A stretch of 64,000 nt of DNA from Candidatus Roizmanbacteria bacterium RIFOXYC1_FULL_41_16 (GTDB taxonomy: Bacteria > Patescibacteriota > Microgenomatia > UBA1406), in NCBI GenBank assembly GCA_001788295.1, contig MGBO01000007.1, positions 14,263 through 78,262 on the forward strand. Reading direction: 5' to 3'. Positions 26,957 through 36,629 of this stretch are shown piece after piece. Numbering within the stretch: position 1 is the stretch's first letter; each line of letters begins with the position of its first letter. Below the pieces are notes generated by a model, which saw only the letters and a program-made list of their open reading frames with translations, made no database searches and was not told the DNA's origin. The position numbers and the translations under genes were made by a program.

Positions 26957-28003
26957 ATGTACAAACCTACTTTCAAGATTACTAACAAAATGATTATGGA
27001 TATCGGCAAAATTGAGGCCAGCCGCGAGATTATTATCAACGCGCCACTTTTGCCACTATGGGAAAAGCGTTTTCGTGAAGAAGCCTTAGTCCGTACCGTT
27101 CATCATGGTACCCATCTTGAGGGCAATCAGCTGGATTTTGAAGAAGCCAAAGAAGTGGTCTTGAGTCAGAACTTACACAGCGTCAGAACGCGCGATGTTC
27201 AAGAAGTGATTAATTACCGTGAGGTGATGGATTATTTGGAAAAAGTCGTTCGGGATCAAAAACAAACCATCAGCGAATCCCTGTTTAAAAAAATTCATCA
27301 GTTGGTAGTCAACAAAATTATGCCGGCTAATCTGGCTGGTCAGTACCGCCTGAAACAAGTGGTTATCAAAGATTCCGGGAGCGGGCAAGTAACTTTCCGG
27401 CCGCCTGAGCCGGAGCAGATTCCTTATTTAATTGGCCAGTTTTTGGCCTGGCTCAATCAAACTCACCCGGACGAGATGCATTCGGCGATCAAAGCCGGCA
27501 TTGCTCACTATGAATTGGTTCGAATCCATCCTTTTTTGGATGGCAACGGCCGGGTCGCTCGTTCCATTTCTACCTTAATTTTATATAGCGAGGGGTACGA
27601 TATCCGGCGGTTTTTTTCGCTCGAGGAATATTACGACAAAGACCCCCTCACTTATTATGAGCATTTACAAAAAGCCGGTGGCGGTGATTTAACGCCTTGG
27701 CTGGAATATTTTATCAAGGGGATTGCCAACGAATTTGAAAAAATAAAACTTAGAATCCAAAAGTTGTCATCAGATAGCCAGCTCAAACACAAGCTTGGTG
27801 GCAAACAAGTGTTTCTGAACGAGCGCCAAACTAAGCTGGTGGAATATATTCAGGAAACCGGCTTTTTGCAAAACCAGGCTTTTCCCAGTCTTTTTCCCGA
27901 TTATTCCGAAGACACAATTTTGCGCGATCTCAAAGATTTGATGGACAAAGACTTGATTCGCAAAATCGGGAAAACCAAAGGGGCCAAATACGTGCTGAAA
28001 TAA
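26957..28003 (+). CDS. Fic-family protein with C-terminal winged HTH
   Basis: Catalytic HPFLDGNGRVAR, N-terminal inhibitory-type GTHLEGN, C-terminal TILRDLKDL. Confidence 0.93.
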   Translation: MYKPTFKITNKMIMDIGKIEASREIIINAPLLPLWEKRFREEALVRTVHHGTHLEGNQLDFEEAKEVVLSQNLHSVRTRDVQEVINYREVMDYLEKVVRDQKQTISESLFKKIHQLVVNKIMPANLAGQYRLKQVVIKDSGSGQVTFRPPEPEQIPYLIGQFLAWLNQTHPDEMHSAIKAGIAHYELVRIHPFLDGNGRVARSISTLILYSEGYDIRRFFSLEEYYDKDPLTYYEHLQKAGGGDLTPWLEYFIKGIANEFEKIKLRIQKLSSDSQLKHKLGGKQVFLNERQTKLVEYIQETGFLQNQAFPSLFPDYSEDTILRDLKDLMDKDLIRKIGKTKGAKYVLK

Positions 28004-28004
28004 G

Positions 28005-28637
28005 CTAATAAACCAGATTGGTTTCGCCTTTTACAAATCGTTCTGCCAGGCCGGCAATTTTCAATTGATAAGAATCCCAATTTTCAATAAAGTCTTGGCG
28101 ACTAATTTTTTCCAGCGAGCGGTTTTGGTGTAAGTCAATAATCGGGCAGACAAATTCGTAATTTGGTTTAGTAAAAACTTTAATCAGATCAGTGATTTTA
28201 ACTACAACCAAGCCAGCGACTTCCTCTTTTTGCAATCGATATGAAGACAGGGAGCTATTATCAATAGTAATAAAAACGTCGCACACAGTTTGCAGTTTTC
28301 TGGAGGCATCGTCAAAACCAACAAACACTTTTTTACCCAAGTAAGTCAGTTTGTCAAAATTATAATTTCTGCCAATTTCCTCTCTCACTTCCCTCAGGCC
28401 GTCTTTGACAGTTTCTCCAGCCATATAATGGCCAGCGGCGGACACGTCAAGCAATCCGGGAAAAGTGGCTTTTTGGCGGCTCCGGCGTTGAAAAACCAGC
28501 GCTAATTCTGGTTCGGTTTGAACAATCCAAAGATGAAAACCGCCCAGCCAATCACTGTCGGTAATGGCCTGGTCGCGGGTTTTAGTGACGCCGCTTTTGT
28601 GAAAATCCGGCGGCAAGAGAATATCGACTTTTTCCAT
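28005..28637 (-). CDS. Nudix hydrolase (IDI-like clade)
   Basis: QRRS...FPGLLDVSAAGH...GETVKDGLREVREEIG. Confidence 0.85.
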   Translation of the reverse strand: MEKVDILLPPDFHKSGVTKTRDQAITDSDWLGGFHLWIVQTEPELALVFQRRSRQKATFPGLLDVSAAGHYMAGETVKDGLREVREEIGRNYNFDKLTYLGKKVFVGFDDASRKLQTVCDVFITIDNSSLSSYRLQKEEVAGLVVVKITDLIKVFTKPNYEFVCPIIDLHQNRSLEKISRQDFIENWDSYQLKIAGLAERFVKGETNLVY

Positions 28638-28648
28638 TTTTTTTAGGT

Positions 28649-29998
28649 TTAAGCGAGTATACCAAAAAGACTAAAAATAATAATTAACAATATGGCCGCC
28701 AAGAATTTAAACGCAAATTCTCGTTTTCCAACAACAAAAACATAAATTGACTTACCTAGAAGATTAACTGCGTTTACCAAAACAATTGTCAATACTCCGG
28801 CTTGATAACTCAGCGTGGTTCCGGCTAAGGAAGAAAGAGTTAAAACCACGGCGTCAATGCCGGTTAGGGCGGCAATTGAAGCAGTCAGATAAAAGCCAAT
28901 TTCTCCAAAAACCACAAGACTGATTTTGGCGCTGGCACTAATAATCAGATAAATAAGAGCAAATTTTAGCGCTGCCTGGAGTGAGAAAATCGAAGCTTGA
29001 TGCCAACCGGTTTTGGTGTTGAGCTCTTTATTTTGAGAGTCTTTTTGGCGTAAATACCAAAAAACGGCTCCCAGCGAACTGAGAATGATAAGAACAATCA
29101 CTTTAAAACTTTTTAGCAACAAAACAGCATTGGTAGAGACAATCAGAATAAACAGTTGAAAAAAACTGGCCAGATTGGCCAAAATGGCTGAAGCCACCAA
29201 ACGATTTACAAGCCTGCTTTGTTGACTTTTTTGAGCCAAGGAAATAGTGGTGCTGGTTGAGGACACGAAGCCAGCGACAAAACTTGTCAGCAGCCAGCCT
29301 TTTTTTTGTCCAAAAACTTTACTCAAAGAATAACCAAACACCTCCACGCCGGTAATTAAAGCCACCAAAAACCACAGGCGATAGGGATTGAAAATCTCAA
29401 TCTGAACAATACTTGATAATCCTAAGTTAAGATTATCAACGATTAAAGACAGCCCCGGGATGTTGCTAAGCGAATAGTTTTGGTTGGGCAAAAAAGGCAG
29501 AATGACCAAAGCGATAATACTGTAGCTGATAAAAGCCGTTACTTCGGATTGATTAATGCCGGTGATCCACTGCCGGACAATGTCTTTTTGAGACAGAATT
29601 AAAATCAAAACCACAGTGATTGCCAAAATCAATTGAATGGGAAAAATATCAAGGGCGATAAAAATCCCAATCAGATAACTAAAAATAATGGCCATTTCAG
29701 TAGTAATGCCATTGTCTTTTAAGTAAAGGCTGCCGGTAACATAATAGGCAACTAGTAAAACCAAAAAAACAATATTAACCGTGATGAACAAATCAGGAAA
29801 ATCAGGGCGCAACAAACCAGAGAGCGTGCCAAGAGTGGTAATTAGTGCAAAAGTGCGGACTCCAAGCGAACCTTTGCGGTCGTGTGGCTGTTTATTATTT
29901 TGGCAATGCAGCTGGTCGTAGGATTCCCGTTCCAGGCCAATAGCGGCCCCAATGAGCAAGGATAAAAACAACTTAATCGGAACCGACAACAAGAGCAT
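28649..29998 (-). CDS. MgtC/SapB + DUF4010 membrane protein
   Basis: GAAIGLERE, GVRTFALI, GITTE, ILPFLPN, GFVSSTSTT. Confidence 0.88.
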   Translation of the reverse strand: MLLLSVPIKLFLSLLIGAAIGLERESYDQLHCQNNKQPHDRKGSLGVRTFALITTLGTLSGLLRPDFPDLFITVNIVFLVLLVAYYVTGSLYLKDNGITTEMAIIFSYLIGIFIALDIFPIQLILAITVVLILILSQKDIVRQWITGINQSEVTAFISYSIIALVILPFLPNQNYSLSNIPGLSLIVDNLNLGLSSIVQIEIFNPYRLWFLVALITGVEVFGYSLSKVFGQKKGWLLTSFVAGFVSSTSTTISLAQKSQQSRLVNRLVASAILANLASFFQLFILIVSTNAVLLLKSFKVIVLIILSSLGAVFWYLRQKDSQNKELNTKTGWHQASIFSLQAALKFALIYLIISASAKISLVVFGEIGFYLTASIAALTGIDAVVLTLSSLAGTTLSYQAGVLTIVLVNAVNLLGKSIYVFVVGKREFAFKFLAAILLIIIFSLFGILA

Positions 29999-30025
29999 TA
30001 TTCACAGTATAGCTCAAATTCTGGT

Positions 30026-30604
30026 TTATTGACAGTTCGCCAGGCAGGCTTGTTTGGCGTCACTCGGCAAGCTGTTACAGACATTGCAGATATTTTCTTT
30101 GAGCCCCTCAAGCATGGCGCTCAGATCGGTAAAAGTAATTTTATTAGGAGTCTTAAAAAACCCGGTTTGGGGTTTAAAATTCTGACACTTAAATTGATAT
30201 TTGTTTTTGTATTGTTGGTTCAGCTGTTGCAAATTCTGATTTTTTTGATAATCGGCATTGTTTTTCTTAGCCAGATTTTGCATTTGTTTGATATTCATTT
30301 TAGTGCCTTGCTTGCTGTTGCTGTTCCACATATAAAGATTTTTGCCGTCGCTCAGCGTGTAGGTTTTAATCTTCAATTTATTTACCACCGATTCAAACTC
30401 GCTTCGGTATTTTTGATTAGAAGTGTACATTACCCCTTTAATTGTTTGTTTGCCCATTTTGTAACTATAAGTGCATTTAAGCGACTGTTTTTTCTTAAGC
30501 AAATCTGAAATGGTGCCGCTGATACTTTTGGCCGAAACACTGGTAAAAGAAAACGAGAATAAAGTTACCAAAGTTAAAACCGAAAAAAGAAGTTTTTTCA
30601 TCAA
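30026..30604 (-). CDS. Secreted hypothetical protein
   Basis: Signal peptide; SLKCTY...DGKNLYMW; C-terminal CxxC...CxxxC. Confidence 0.75.
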   Translation of the reverse strand: MMKKLLFSVLTLVTLFSFSFTSVSAKSISGTISDLLKKKQSLKCTYSYKMGKQTIKGVMYTSNQKYRSEFESVVNKLKIKTYTLSDGKNLYMWNSNSKQGTKMNIKQMQNLAKKNNADYQKNQNLQQLNQQYKNKYQFKCQNFKPQTGFFKTPNKITFTDLSAMLEGLKENICNVCNSLPSDAKQACLANCQ

Positions 30605-30643
30605 AATTGGGTTAAATTAATAACTACGCTTATTATACTAAAT

Positions 30644-32419
30644 TCAATATTCCGGATAGGCCGTTTCCCCCAAAAATTGCGACGGCAGATTGTACTGGGC
30701 CCGACCGTACAGATAGCGACGGTTGGTGTAGGTGAGAAACAACTTCTCTTTGGCGCGGGTAATGCCCACATAAAACAGGCGCCGTTCCTCTTCCAATTCG
30801 GTGATTGATTCAATTGAACGGGAATGAGGCAAGATTCCTTCCTCGACTCCCACAATAAAAACGACCCCAAATTCCAGGCCTTTAGCGGCATGAAGAGTCA
30901 TTAAATGAATTTTTTCACCTTGGCCGTCTTTAAACTCATATCCGGCCTCAATCAGCGCGACCGTGTCAAGCAATTTTTCCAGCGTGTCATAATTGTAGCT
31001 GACATTAATAAGCTCCTGAATGTTTTCCATTCTGGTGGCGTCCTCCGGATCATTTTGTGAATAAAGATGCAAATAGGGCGAATCTTTTAAAATAGCCTGA
31101 ATGATTTGTTCCGGTTTATTTTGCGCGCTCTGTTTGGCAATGGTTTGCAAAATCAGTTGGCCTCTTTTTTTGCCAAGTTTCATAATCCTTTTTAGAGCCA
31201 CCTGATCTTTGGGATTGTGCAGATAACGCAAAAACGCCAAAATATCCTTAATTTCCCTGCGTTCGTAAAAGCGAACCCCGCCATAAATCCGGTAAGGCAA
31301 TCCCTGGGCCAGGCAGATTTCTTCAAAAAGACGCGATTGAGCGTTGGTTCGGTACAGAACGGCAAAGTCTTCCAAAGAATAATCGCCGCTAAAATTCAAT
31401 TCCTGAATTTTATTAACCACAAACGTGGCTTCTTTCTCGGCGTTTTCCAAAGGGACAATTTTAATTTCTTCTCCGCCTTTTTTTTCAGTCCAGAGTTTTA
31501 AGATCGGGTGAGTGGTGTTTTGGGAAATGACGTTGTAGGCAAAATCAAGGATTGGTTGGGTACTGCGGTAATTCTGTTCGAGATTAAAAACTTTGGCATT
31601 TTGAAAATCCTTTTGAAATTTCTCCAGATTGGTAAAGTCGGCTCCACGCCAAGAGTAAATACTTTGGGAAAAGTCTCCTACAATTGTGATTCGATGATGT
31701 TTTTGTGCTAATAATTTGGCCATTAAATATTGGCAATGATTGGTGTCCTGGTATTCATCGATCAACAGATATTGATATTGGTTTTGCAGTTTGGCCAAAA
31801 CCGAAGGCTCCTGTTCTAGCAAATAAACCATTTCGTTCAAGAGGTCATCAAAGTCAAGGGCGTTGTTGTTTCGCAATTCTTTTTGGTATCGCCGGTATAC
31901 GTCCACAATCACCTCGTCATAAACATTCAGAGCTTGTTCTTCTAAATCCTTTGGAGTCAACAGTTGATTTTTAGCCAGGCCAATGCGATAGAGCAAGCTG
32001 TTAACCGTGACTTTGGTTTTGAGATCAGAATCTTTAATGATCTGTTTGAGCAGATCCTTCTGGTCGTTGTCGTCAAAAATTACAAACTGGCGCTGATGGG
32101 TTTTGGCTAAACCAAAACGGCGTAAAACCAAAACGGCAAAAGAATGGAAAGTGGTGGCTGTAATCAGTTCTGGGTTAAGGCGCGGATCAATGTATTTTTT
32201 GATCCGCAATTTCATCTCGTCGGCGGCCTTATTGGTAAAAGTGAGCATTAACAAAGCTCTGGGATCAATTTTGACCTCAGACAACAAATAGGCGGCTTTA
32301 TAGCCCAAAACACGAGTTTTGCCCGAGCCGGCCCCAGCCAAAATAATCGACGGCTGATCAACAAACATCACGGCCTGTTGTTGCGGTTGATTCAGCTTTT
32401 GCAAAAAGGAGACACTCAT
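30644..32419 (-). CDS. pcrA: UvrD/PcrA family SF1 DNA helicase (compact)
   Basis: AGAGSGKT, TFTNKAA, DEYQDTN, IYSWRGA, LEQNYRST, TLHAAKGLEF, EERRLFYVGITRA. Confidence 0.95.
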   Translation of the reverse strand: MSVSFLQKLNQPQQQAVMFVDQPSIILAGAGSGKTRVLGYKAAYLLSEVKIDPRALLMLTFTNKAADEMKLRIKKYIDPRLNPELITATTFHSFAVLVLRRFGLAKTHQRQFVIFDDNDQKDLLKQIIKDSDLKTKVTVNSLLYRIGLAKNQLLTPKDLEEQALNVYDEVIVDVYRRYQKELRNNNALDFDDLLNEMVYLLEQEPSVLAKLQNQYQYLLIDEYQDTNHCQYLMAKLLAQKHHRITIVGDFSQSIYSWRGADFTNLEKFQKDFQNAKVFNLEQNYRSTQPILDFAYNVISQNTTHPILKLWTEKKGGEEIKIVPLENAEKEATFVVNKIQELNFSGDYSLEDFAVLYRTNAQSRLFEEICLAQGLPYRIYGGVRFYERREIKDILAFLRYLHNPKDQVALKRIMKLGKKRGQLILQTIAKQSAQNKPEQIIQAILKDSPYLHLYSQNDPEDATRMENIQELINVSYNYDTLEKLLDTVALIEAGYEFKDGQGEKIHLMTLHAAKGLEFGVVFIVGVEEGILPHSRSIESITELEEERRLFYVGITRAKEKLFLTYTNRRYLYGRAQYNLPSQFLGETAYPEY

Positions 32420-32440
32420 GGCTATAATATATCAAACCAG

Positions 32441-33094
32441 ATGAAAATCGCTGTTGCCAATTTGAAAGCCGAATTTAACGAGATTGAAATCAAGGTGTGG
32501 TCTCAGGCTTTTAATAAAGAGTATTCTCAAAGCTCGACCGCGGACAAAAAAGTGATTGTTGCCCCGCCGGCAATTTTTCTGGAGCTGATCAAATCCAGTC
32601 AGGAACAAGCTCGGGTTGATTATGAAATTGCCGCCCAGGATATTTCTCAATTTGAAAAAGGCACTTATACCGGAGAAATTACGGCCCCAATGATTACGGC
32701 CTTTGCCCGTTATGTCATTATTGGTCATTCAGAACAACGGCGCATCAGTCGGGAGAATCAGGCCGTAATCCAGCAAAAAATTGATCTGGCCAACCAATAC
32801 AATCTGCAGGTCATTTTGTGTGTTGAAAAACCAGAGTCTTATCAGGGCCGGATTTTTGCCGTCGCTTACGAGCCGAAAGCGGCAATTAGTACCGGGGCCG
32901 CCGCTGACCCTACTTCTAGTTGGGAAACAATGGCCTCAATTGCCAAACTGATTCAAGCAGAACATTATCTTTATGGTGGCAGTGTCAATTCAGGCAATGT
33001 TGCTGCCTTTATTGCCGCTGGTTTTAGCGGCGTGCTGGTTGGCAAAAAGTCACTGGATCCGTCAGAGTTCTTGGCGATTGTTGCCAATCTTTAG
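32441..33094 (+). CDS. tpiA: Triosephosphate isomerase (divergent)
   Basis: ANLK, AQDIS...GTYTGEI, IGHSEQR, AYEP, YGGSV. Confidence 0.9.
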   Translation: MKIAVANLKAEFNEIEIKVWSQAFNKEYSQSSTADKKVIVAPPAIFLELIKSSQEQARVDYEIAAQDISQFEKGTYTGEITAPMITAFARYVIIGHSEQRRISRENQAVIQQKIDLANQYNLQVILCVEKPESYQGRIFAVAYEPKAAISTGAAADPTSSWETMASIAKLIQAEHYLYGGSVNSGNVAAFIAAGFSGVLVGKKSLDPSEFLAIVANL

Positions 33095-34252
33095 TTTATT
33101 CAGATCCAGAGGCGTTTTTTCAAAAGCTTTATTAAAAACCGGCTTTTGGTATTTAAAATAAGTCCTTACCTCGTAGATTCCGGAGGCAATCACCAAGAGC
33201 AATATCAAAATCACGGCTTTGGGGAATCTTTTAAATAATGTTTTTAAAGCCAATGTGATTAAGAAAACCAAACCAACTGTGACAGTGTATGTTCTTAAAA
33301 AGTGCGGATTATCAGTGGGCAGAGTCAACAAACTGGGAACTATTGACAGAATGATCCAAAGATAAAAAAACCAATATTTTGTCCGATTTTTCAAGCTGAG
33401 TGCAAGACCGATCCAAAACAGCACGCCCATAGCTGGATTCAGGCCGGGTTTGCCCGGATAATTGTGCCGACCATTAAGGTCGCCATAAAAATTCAACATC
33501 AAAATATTTTTAACAATGTTTTCCCAAAAATAGCCCAGTTTGGTTATCAGGGGCAAATCTTGATTTAAATAAAGCAGTTCTTGAACACGGTTTTCAGTGC
33601 CGCCAGTTACTAATACTAGGGGCAAAGCGAAAACAGAAAACAAAATAAGATAAGTCAGCCAGTATTTAGTTTTTACTTTATTGATAATCATGATTGCTGT
33701 TGGCAATAAAAAGAAAAGCCGGCCGGGGAGATAAGAATAAAAACTGGCGAGAGTCGCCACCAGTAATAATCCAAGATTAAGAATTTTTTTGTTTTTAAGA
33801 TACGACAAAAGATTAATCACGCCAAACAGTTCCCAAAACAAAAGGTAAGTCGCCTCAAAGCCAAAACGACTGAAATTAAAAACCCAGTGGGAAAAGCCAA
33901 AAATAAGGGCTCCTAGCGCCGCTAGCCAGTCGGAAAAAAAGCGACGAAAAAGATAATAAACCAGCACACAGTTAGCCACCCCAAACAAAGCCGCCGGCAA
34001 TCGTAACGCCCCAATATTCAAACCAAAAGTTTTAAAAGACAATAACAACAGATAAAAATAAGGCGTGGCGTGGCCGGTGGCTTGTTTAGAGAATATTTGC
34101 CACTTGCCCTCCAGGTCAAGCGCCAGTTTGGCAAATTCCAGCTCGTCAAAAGCCATTTTTTGAGGAATAAGCGGAAACTGCCAAAATACCACCAGAGACG
34201 AAAACAACAGAATCATTAATGGGATTAAGCGCTTTCTGTTAAAATATAACAT
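33062..34252 (-). CDS. GT-C fold (ArnT/PMT_2-like) membrane glycosyltransferase
   Basis: FDE acidic motif after TM1, P.YFY, LRLPAALFG, many TM helices. Confidence 0.8.
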   Translation of the reverse strand: MLYFNRKRLIPLMILLFSSLVVFWQFPLIPQKMAFDELEFAKLALDLEGKWQIFSKQATGHATPYFYLLLLSFKTFGLNIGALRLPAALFGVANCVLVYYLFRRFFSDWLAALGALIFGFSHWVFNFSRFGFEATYLLFWELFGVINLLSYLKNKKILNLGLLLVATLASFYSYLPGRLFFLLPTAIMIINKVKTKYWLTYLILFSVFALPLVLVTGGTENRVQELLYLNQDLPLITKLGYFWENIVKNILMLNFYGDLNGRHNYPGKPGLNPAMGVLFWIGLALSLKNRTKYWFFYLWIILSIVPSLLTLPTDNPHFLRTYTVTVGLVFLITLALKTLFKRFPKAVILILLLVIASGIYEVRTYFKYQKPVFNKAFEKTPLDLNKLKIGNNRQEL

Positions 34253-35134
34253 ATGCAGTTATCTGTGCTTGTAATTTCTTATAATACCAAAAAAATCACT
34301 CTGCAGGCACTGCGGTCAATTGTCACCAGTCTGAAAAACAGTGACTTAACTTATGAAATATTAGTCTTGGATAATCATTCTCAAGACGGTTCCGTTCAAG
34401 CGATCAAAAAATTAAAGATAAAAACACTCAGATTATTTGAATCGTTAGAGAATCTGGGTTTTGGCAAGGGCAACAATTATTTAGCCAAAAAAGCCCACGG
34501 TCAGCACCTGTTATTATTGAATTCAGACATTGAGGTTATAGACAAAGCCATTGATAAGCTGTTTTCTTTTTACATTAAGCAGCGCCGGTTTGCTTTTGTG
34601 GGAGGGAAATTGCTTAATACCGATCTTTCTCCCCAAGCCTCCTGCGGACCGCTTTACAGTCCGTTAGTAGTCTTGGCCGCTCTTTTTTGCCGCGGTGATT
34701 ATTGGGGTCTGACGCGCTATAGCCCGTCAGCAGTCAGGCCGGTCGGCTGGGTTTCCGGCGCCTGTATTTTGACTGCCAAAGCCGATTATGAAAAAGTCAA
34801 TGGTTTTGACGAAAACATTTTTATGTATATGGAAGAAATTGATCTGTTCAAAAGAGCCCAAAAAATAGGACTAAAAGTCGGTTATTTTCCCAACGCAAAA
34901 TTTATTCATCATGGTTTTGCCTCCAGCAAAGGCAAATCAAGGCCGGTGATCAATGTTTTTAAGGGAATTGTTTACTATTACCGCCAGCATTATGGCTGGT
35001 TCAGTCGTTTGTTTATTTGGCTACTGTTGAAAACTAAGGCCTTACTCGGTTATACTTTAGGGGTAGTTACTAATAATCATTATTTAAAACAAACTTACTA
35101 TGAAGCTTATAAAATCACTGGTCGAGAGATTTAA
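34253..35134 (+). CDS. Glycosyltransferase family 2 (WbbL-like)
   Basis: ISYNT, DNHSQDGS, NLGFGKGNN, LLNSD, WVSGAC, GFDENIFMYMEEIDL. Confidence 0.92.
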   Translation: MQLSVLVISYNTKKITLQALRSIVTSLKNSDLTYEILVLDNHSQDGSVQAIKKLKIKTLRLFESLENLGFGKGNNYLAKKAHGQHLLLLNSDIEVIDKAIDKLFSFYIKQRRFAFVGGKLLNTDLSPQASCGPLYSPLVVLAALFCRGDYWGLTRYSPSAVRPVGWVSGACILTAKADYEKVNGFDENIFMYMEEIDLFKRAQKIGLKVGYFPNAKFIHHGFASSKGKSRPVINVFKGIVYYYRQHYGWFSRLFIWLLLKTKALLGYTLGVVTNNHYLKQTYYEAYKITGREI

Positions 35135-36629
35135 AAAAAACCCCTTAAATCTGCTTCAGATTCTGGTTTTGGGATATATTTACCTAATTCCAATCTGGCC
35201 CAAATTACCGTTTAAAAACATCAACTACACTTATATTGCCGTGCGTTACGAAGATCTATACGTCGCTTTGCTGGTGGCGGTTTTTATTCTGGGCTTGTTA
35301 TTTCGTAAGATCAAATTGCATAACAGCCCGTTTCTAAAACTGATTCCTTTTTACTGGCTGGTGGTTATTATTTCGGCCTTGGTTGGTTTTTATGTTTTTC
35401 ATTCGACCGCAACATTACAGCTGAGCCTGCTTCATGCTTTTCGCCGGGTGGAGTATATGATTGTTTTCTTTGTGGCGGCCTCATCTGTTTCTAACATCAA
35501 GCAGCTTAAATTTTATTTCAACCATTTGATGATGGTATTGTTTTTGGTAAGCGTGTACGGTATTGGGCAAAAATTTTTGGGTTGGCCGGCGATTCAGACA
35601 ATGAACCCTCATTACAGCAAGGGTTATCTTTTGACGCTGGACGCCAATGCCCGAATTTCGTCCACTTTTGGCGGTCATTATGATTTGGCGGCTTTCTTGG
35701 TCTATTTGATGCCGCTTTCTTTGGGGCTCTTTTTGGTGGAAAGAAGGATGCGCTATTTTCTGGTTTTTGTAACAGCACTGATCGCGCTTATTTTGACAGC
35801 GTCGCGTGCTTCCTATGTGGCTTATTTAATGACGGCGCCGATTTTTTTACTGACTCAAAAACGATTTCGCTTAATGGTTTTGATAATTGCTTTGACTGTG
35901 GTTTTGACGCCGTTGTCCAACAATCTAACCAAACGGATCAACCGGACGTTCCGGCAAGATTTGGTTTGGGTTAGCAAAGATACCGGACAGGCGATTGTGC
36001 CCAGAAAAATTACGGCCGATGATCTGCCTGCCGGCGACTATGTGATCAAAAAAACATCGGGGACAGAGGTTCAGGATCAGACTCCAGAACAGGTTCAATT
36101 GGTCAAAGCCGAGATCAGGGAGAATATTCTGGAAGAAGCCAGGCAAAGCGGCAAAGAACTGACTCAAAGCGAATTGAATCAGTTGGTCGATAGCACTTTT
36201 GCCAATTTTGCGCCGGTCAGTTCGGTGTTGCCCGATATTTCTTTTGCCACCCGCTTGCAGGTCGAGTGGCCGCGGGCAATTAAAGCCTTTTTGAAAAATC
36301 CGCTTATTGGTTCCGGAACCGGTTCGATCACCGAGGCGACTGATAACGATTATTTGCGCTCTCTTGGTGAAACCGGCTTACTGGGTTTTGGAATGTTGAT
36401 GTTAATTCTGTTTAAGCTTCAATTTTTTCTTTTCCGTAAGGGTCGGGAATTTAAAAATCGCTTGCAGCCGATGTTTTGGGGCCTGATGTTTGGTGGGCTG
36501 GCCTTGATGATCAATGCTTTATACATTGATGTTTTTGAAGCGTCCAAAGTGGCGCTGATGATTTGGTTAACTTGGGGTTTGATTTATAGCATTGAATTTT
36601 TCAGTCAAGATGAAGTCAGCCGGTGGTAA
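35100..36629 (+). CDS. O-antigen ligase/polymerase (Wzy_C) family membrane protein
   Basis: RISSTFG, LTASRAS, NPLIGSG, DNDYLRSLGETGLLG; multiple TM helices. Confidence 0.82.
   Translation: MKLIKSLVERFKKNPLNLLQILVLGYIYLIPIWPKLPFKNINYTYIAVRYEDLYVALLVAVFILGLLFRKIKLHNSPFLKLIPFYWLVVIISALVGFYVFHSTATLQLSLLHAFRRVEYMIVFFVAASSVSNIKQLKFYFNHLMMVLFLVSVYGIGQKFLGWPAIQTMNPHYSKGYLLTLDANARISSTFGGHYDLAAFLVYLMPLSLGLFLVERRMRYFLVFVTALIALILTASRASYVAYLMTAPIFLLTQKRFRLMVLIIALTVVLTPLSNNLTKRINRTFRQDLVWVSKDTGQAIVPRKITADDLPAGDYVIKKTSGTEVQDQTPEQVQLVKAEIRENILEEARQSGKELTQSELNQLVDSTFANFAPVSSVLPDISFATRLQVEWPRAIKAFLKNPLIGSGTGSITEATDNDYLRSLGETGLLGFGMLMLILFKLQFFLFRKGREFKNRLQPMFWGLMFGGLALMINALYIDVFEASKVALMIWLTWGLIYSIEFFSQDEVSRW

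Noticed and set aside
26957..28003. Fic protein as part of a new toxin-antitoxin system
   Set aside because: It carries its own inhibitory-type motif and an HTH, a common stand-alone architecture; no antitoxin gene is adjacent.
30029..30508. 159-aa plus-strand ORF
   Set aside because: Antisense shadow of the secreted protein gene.
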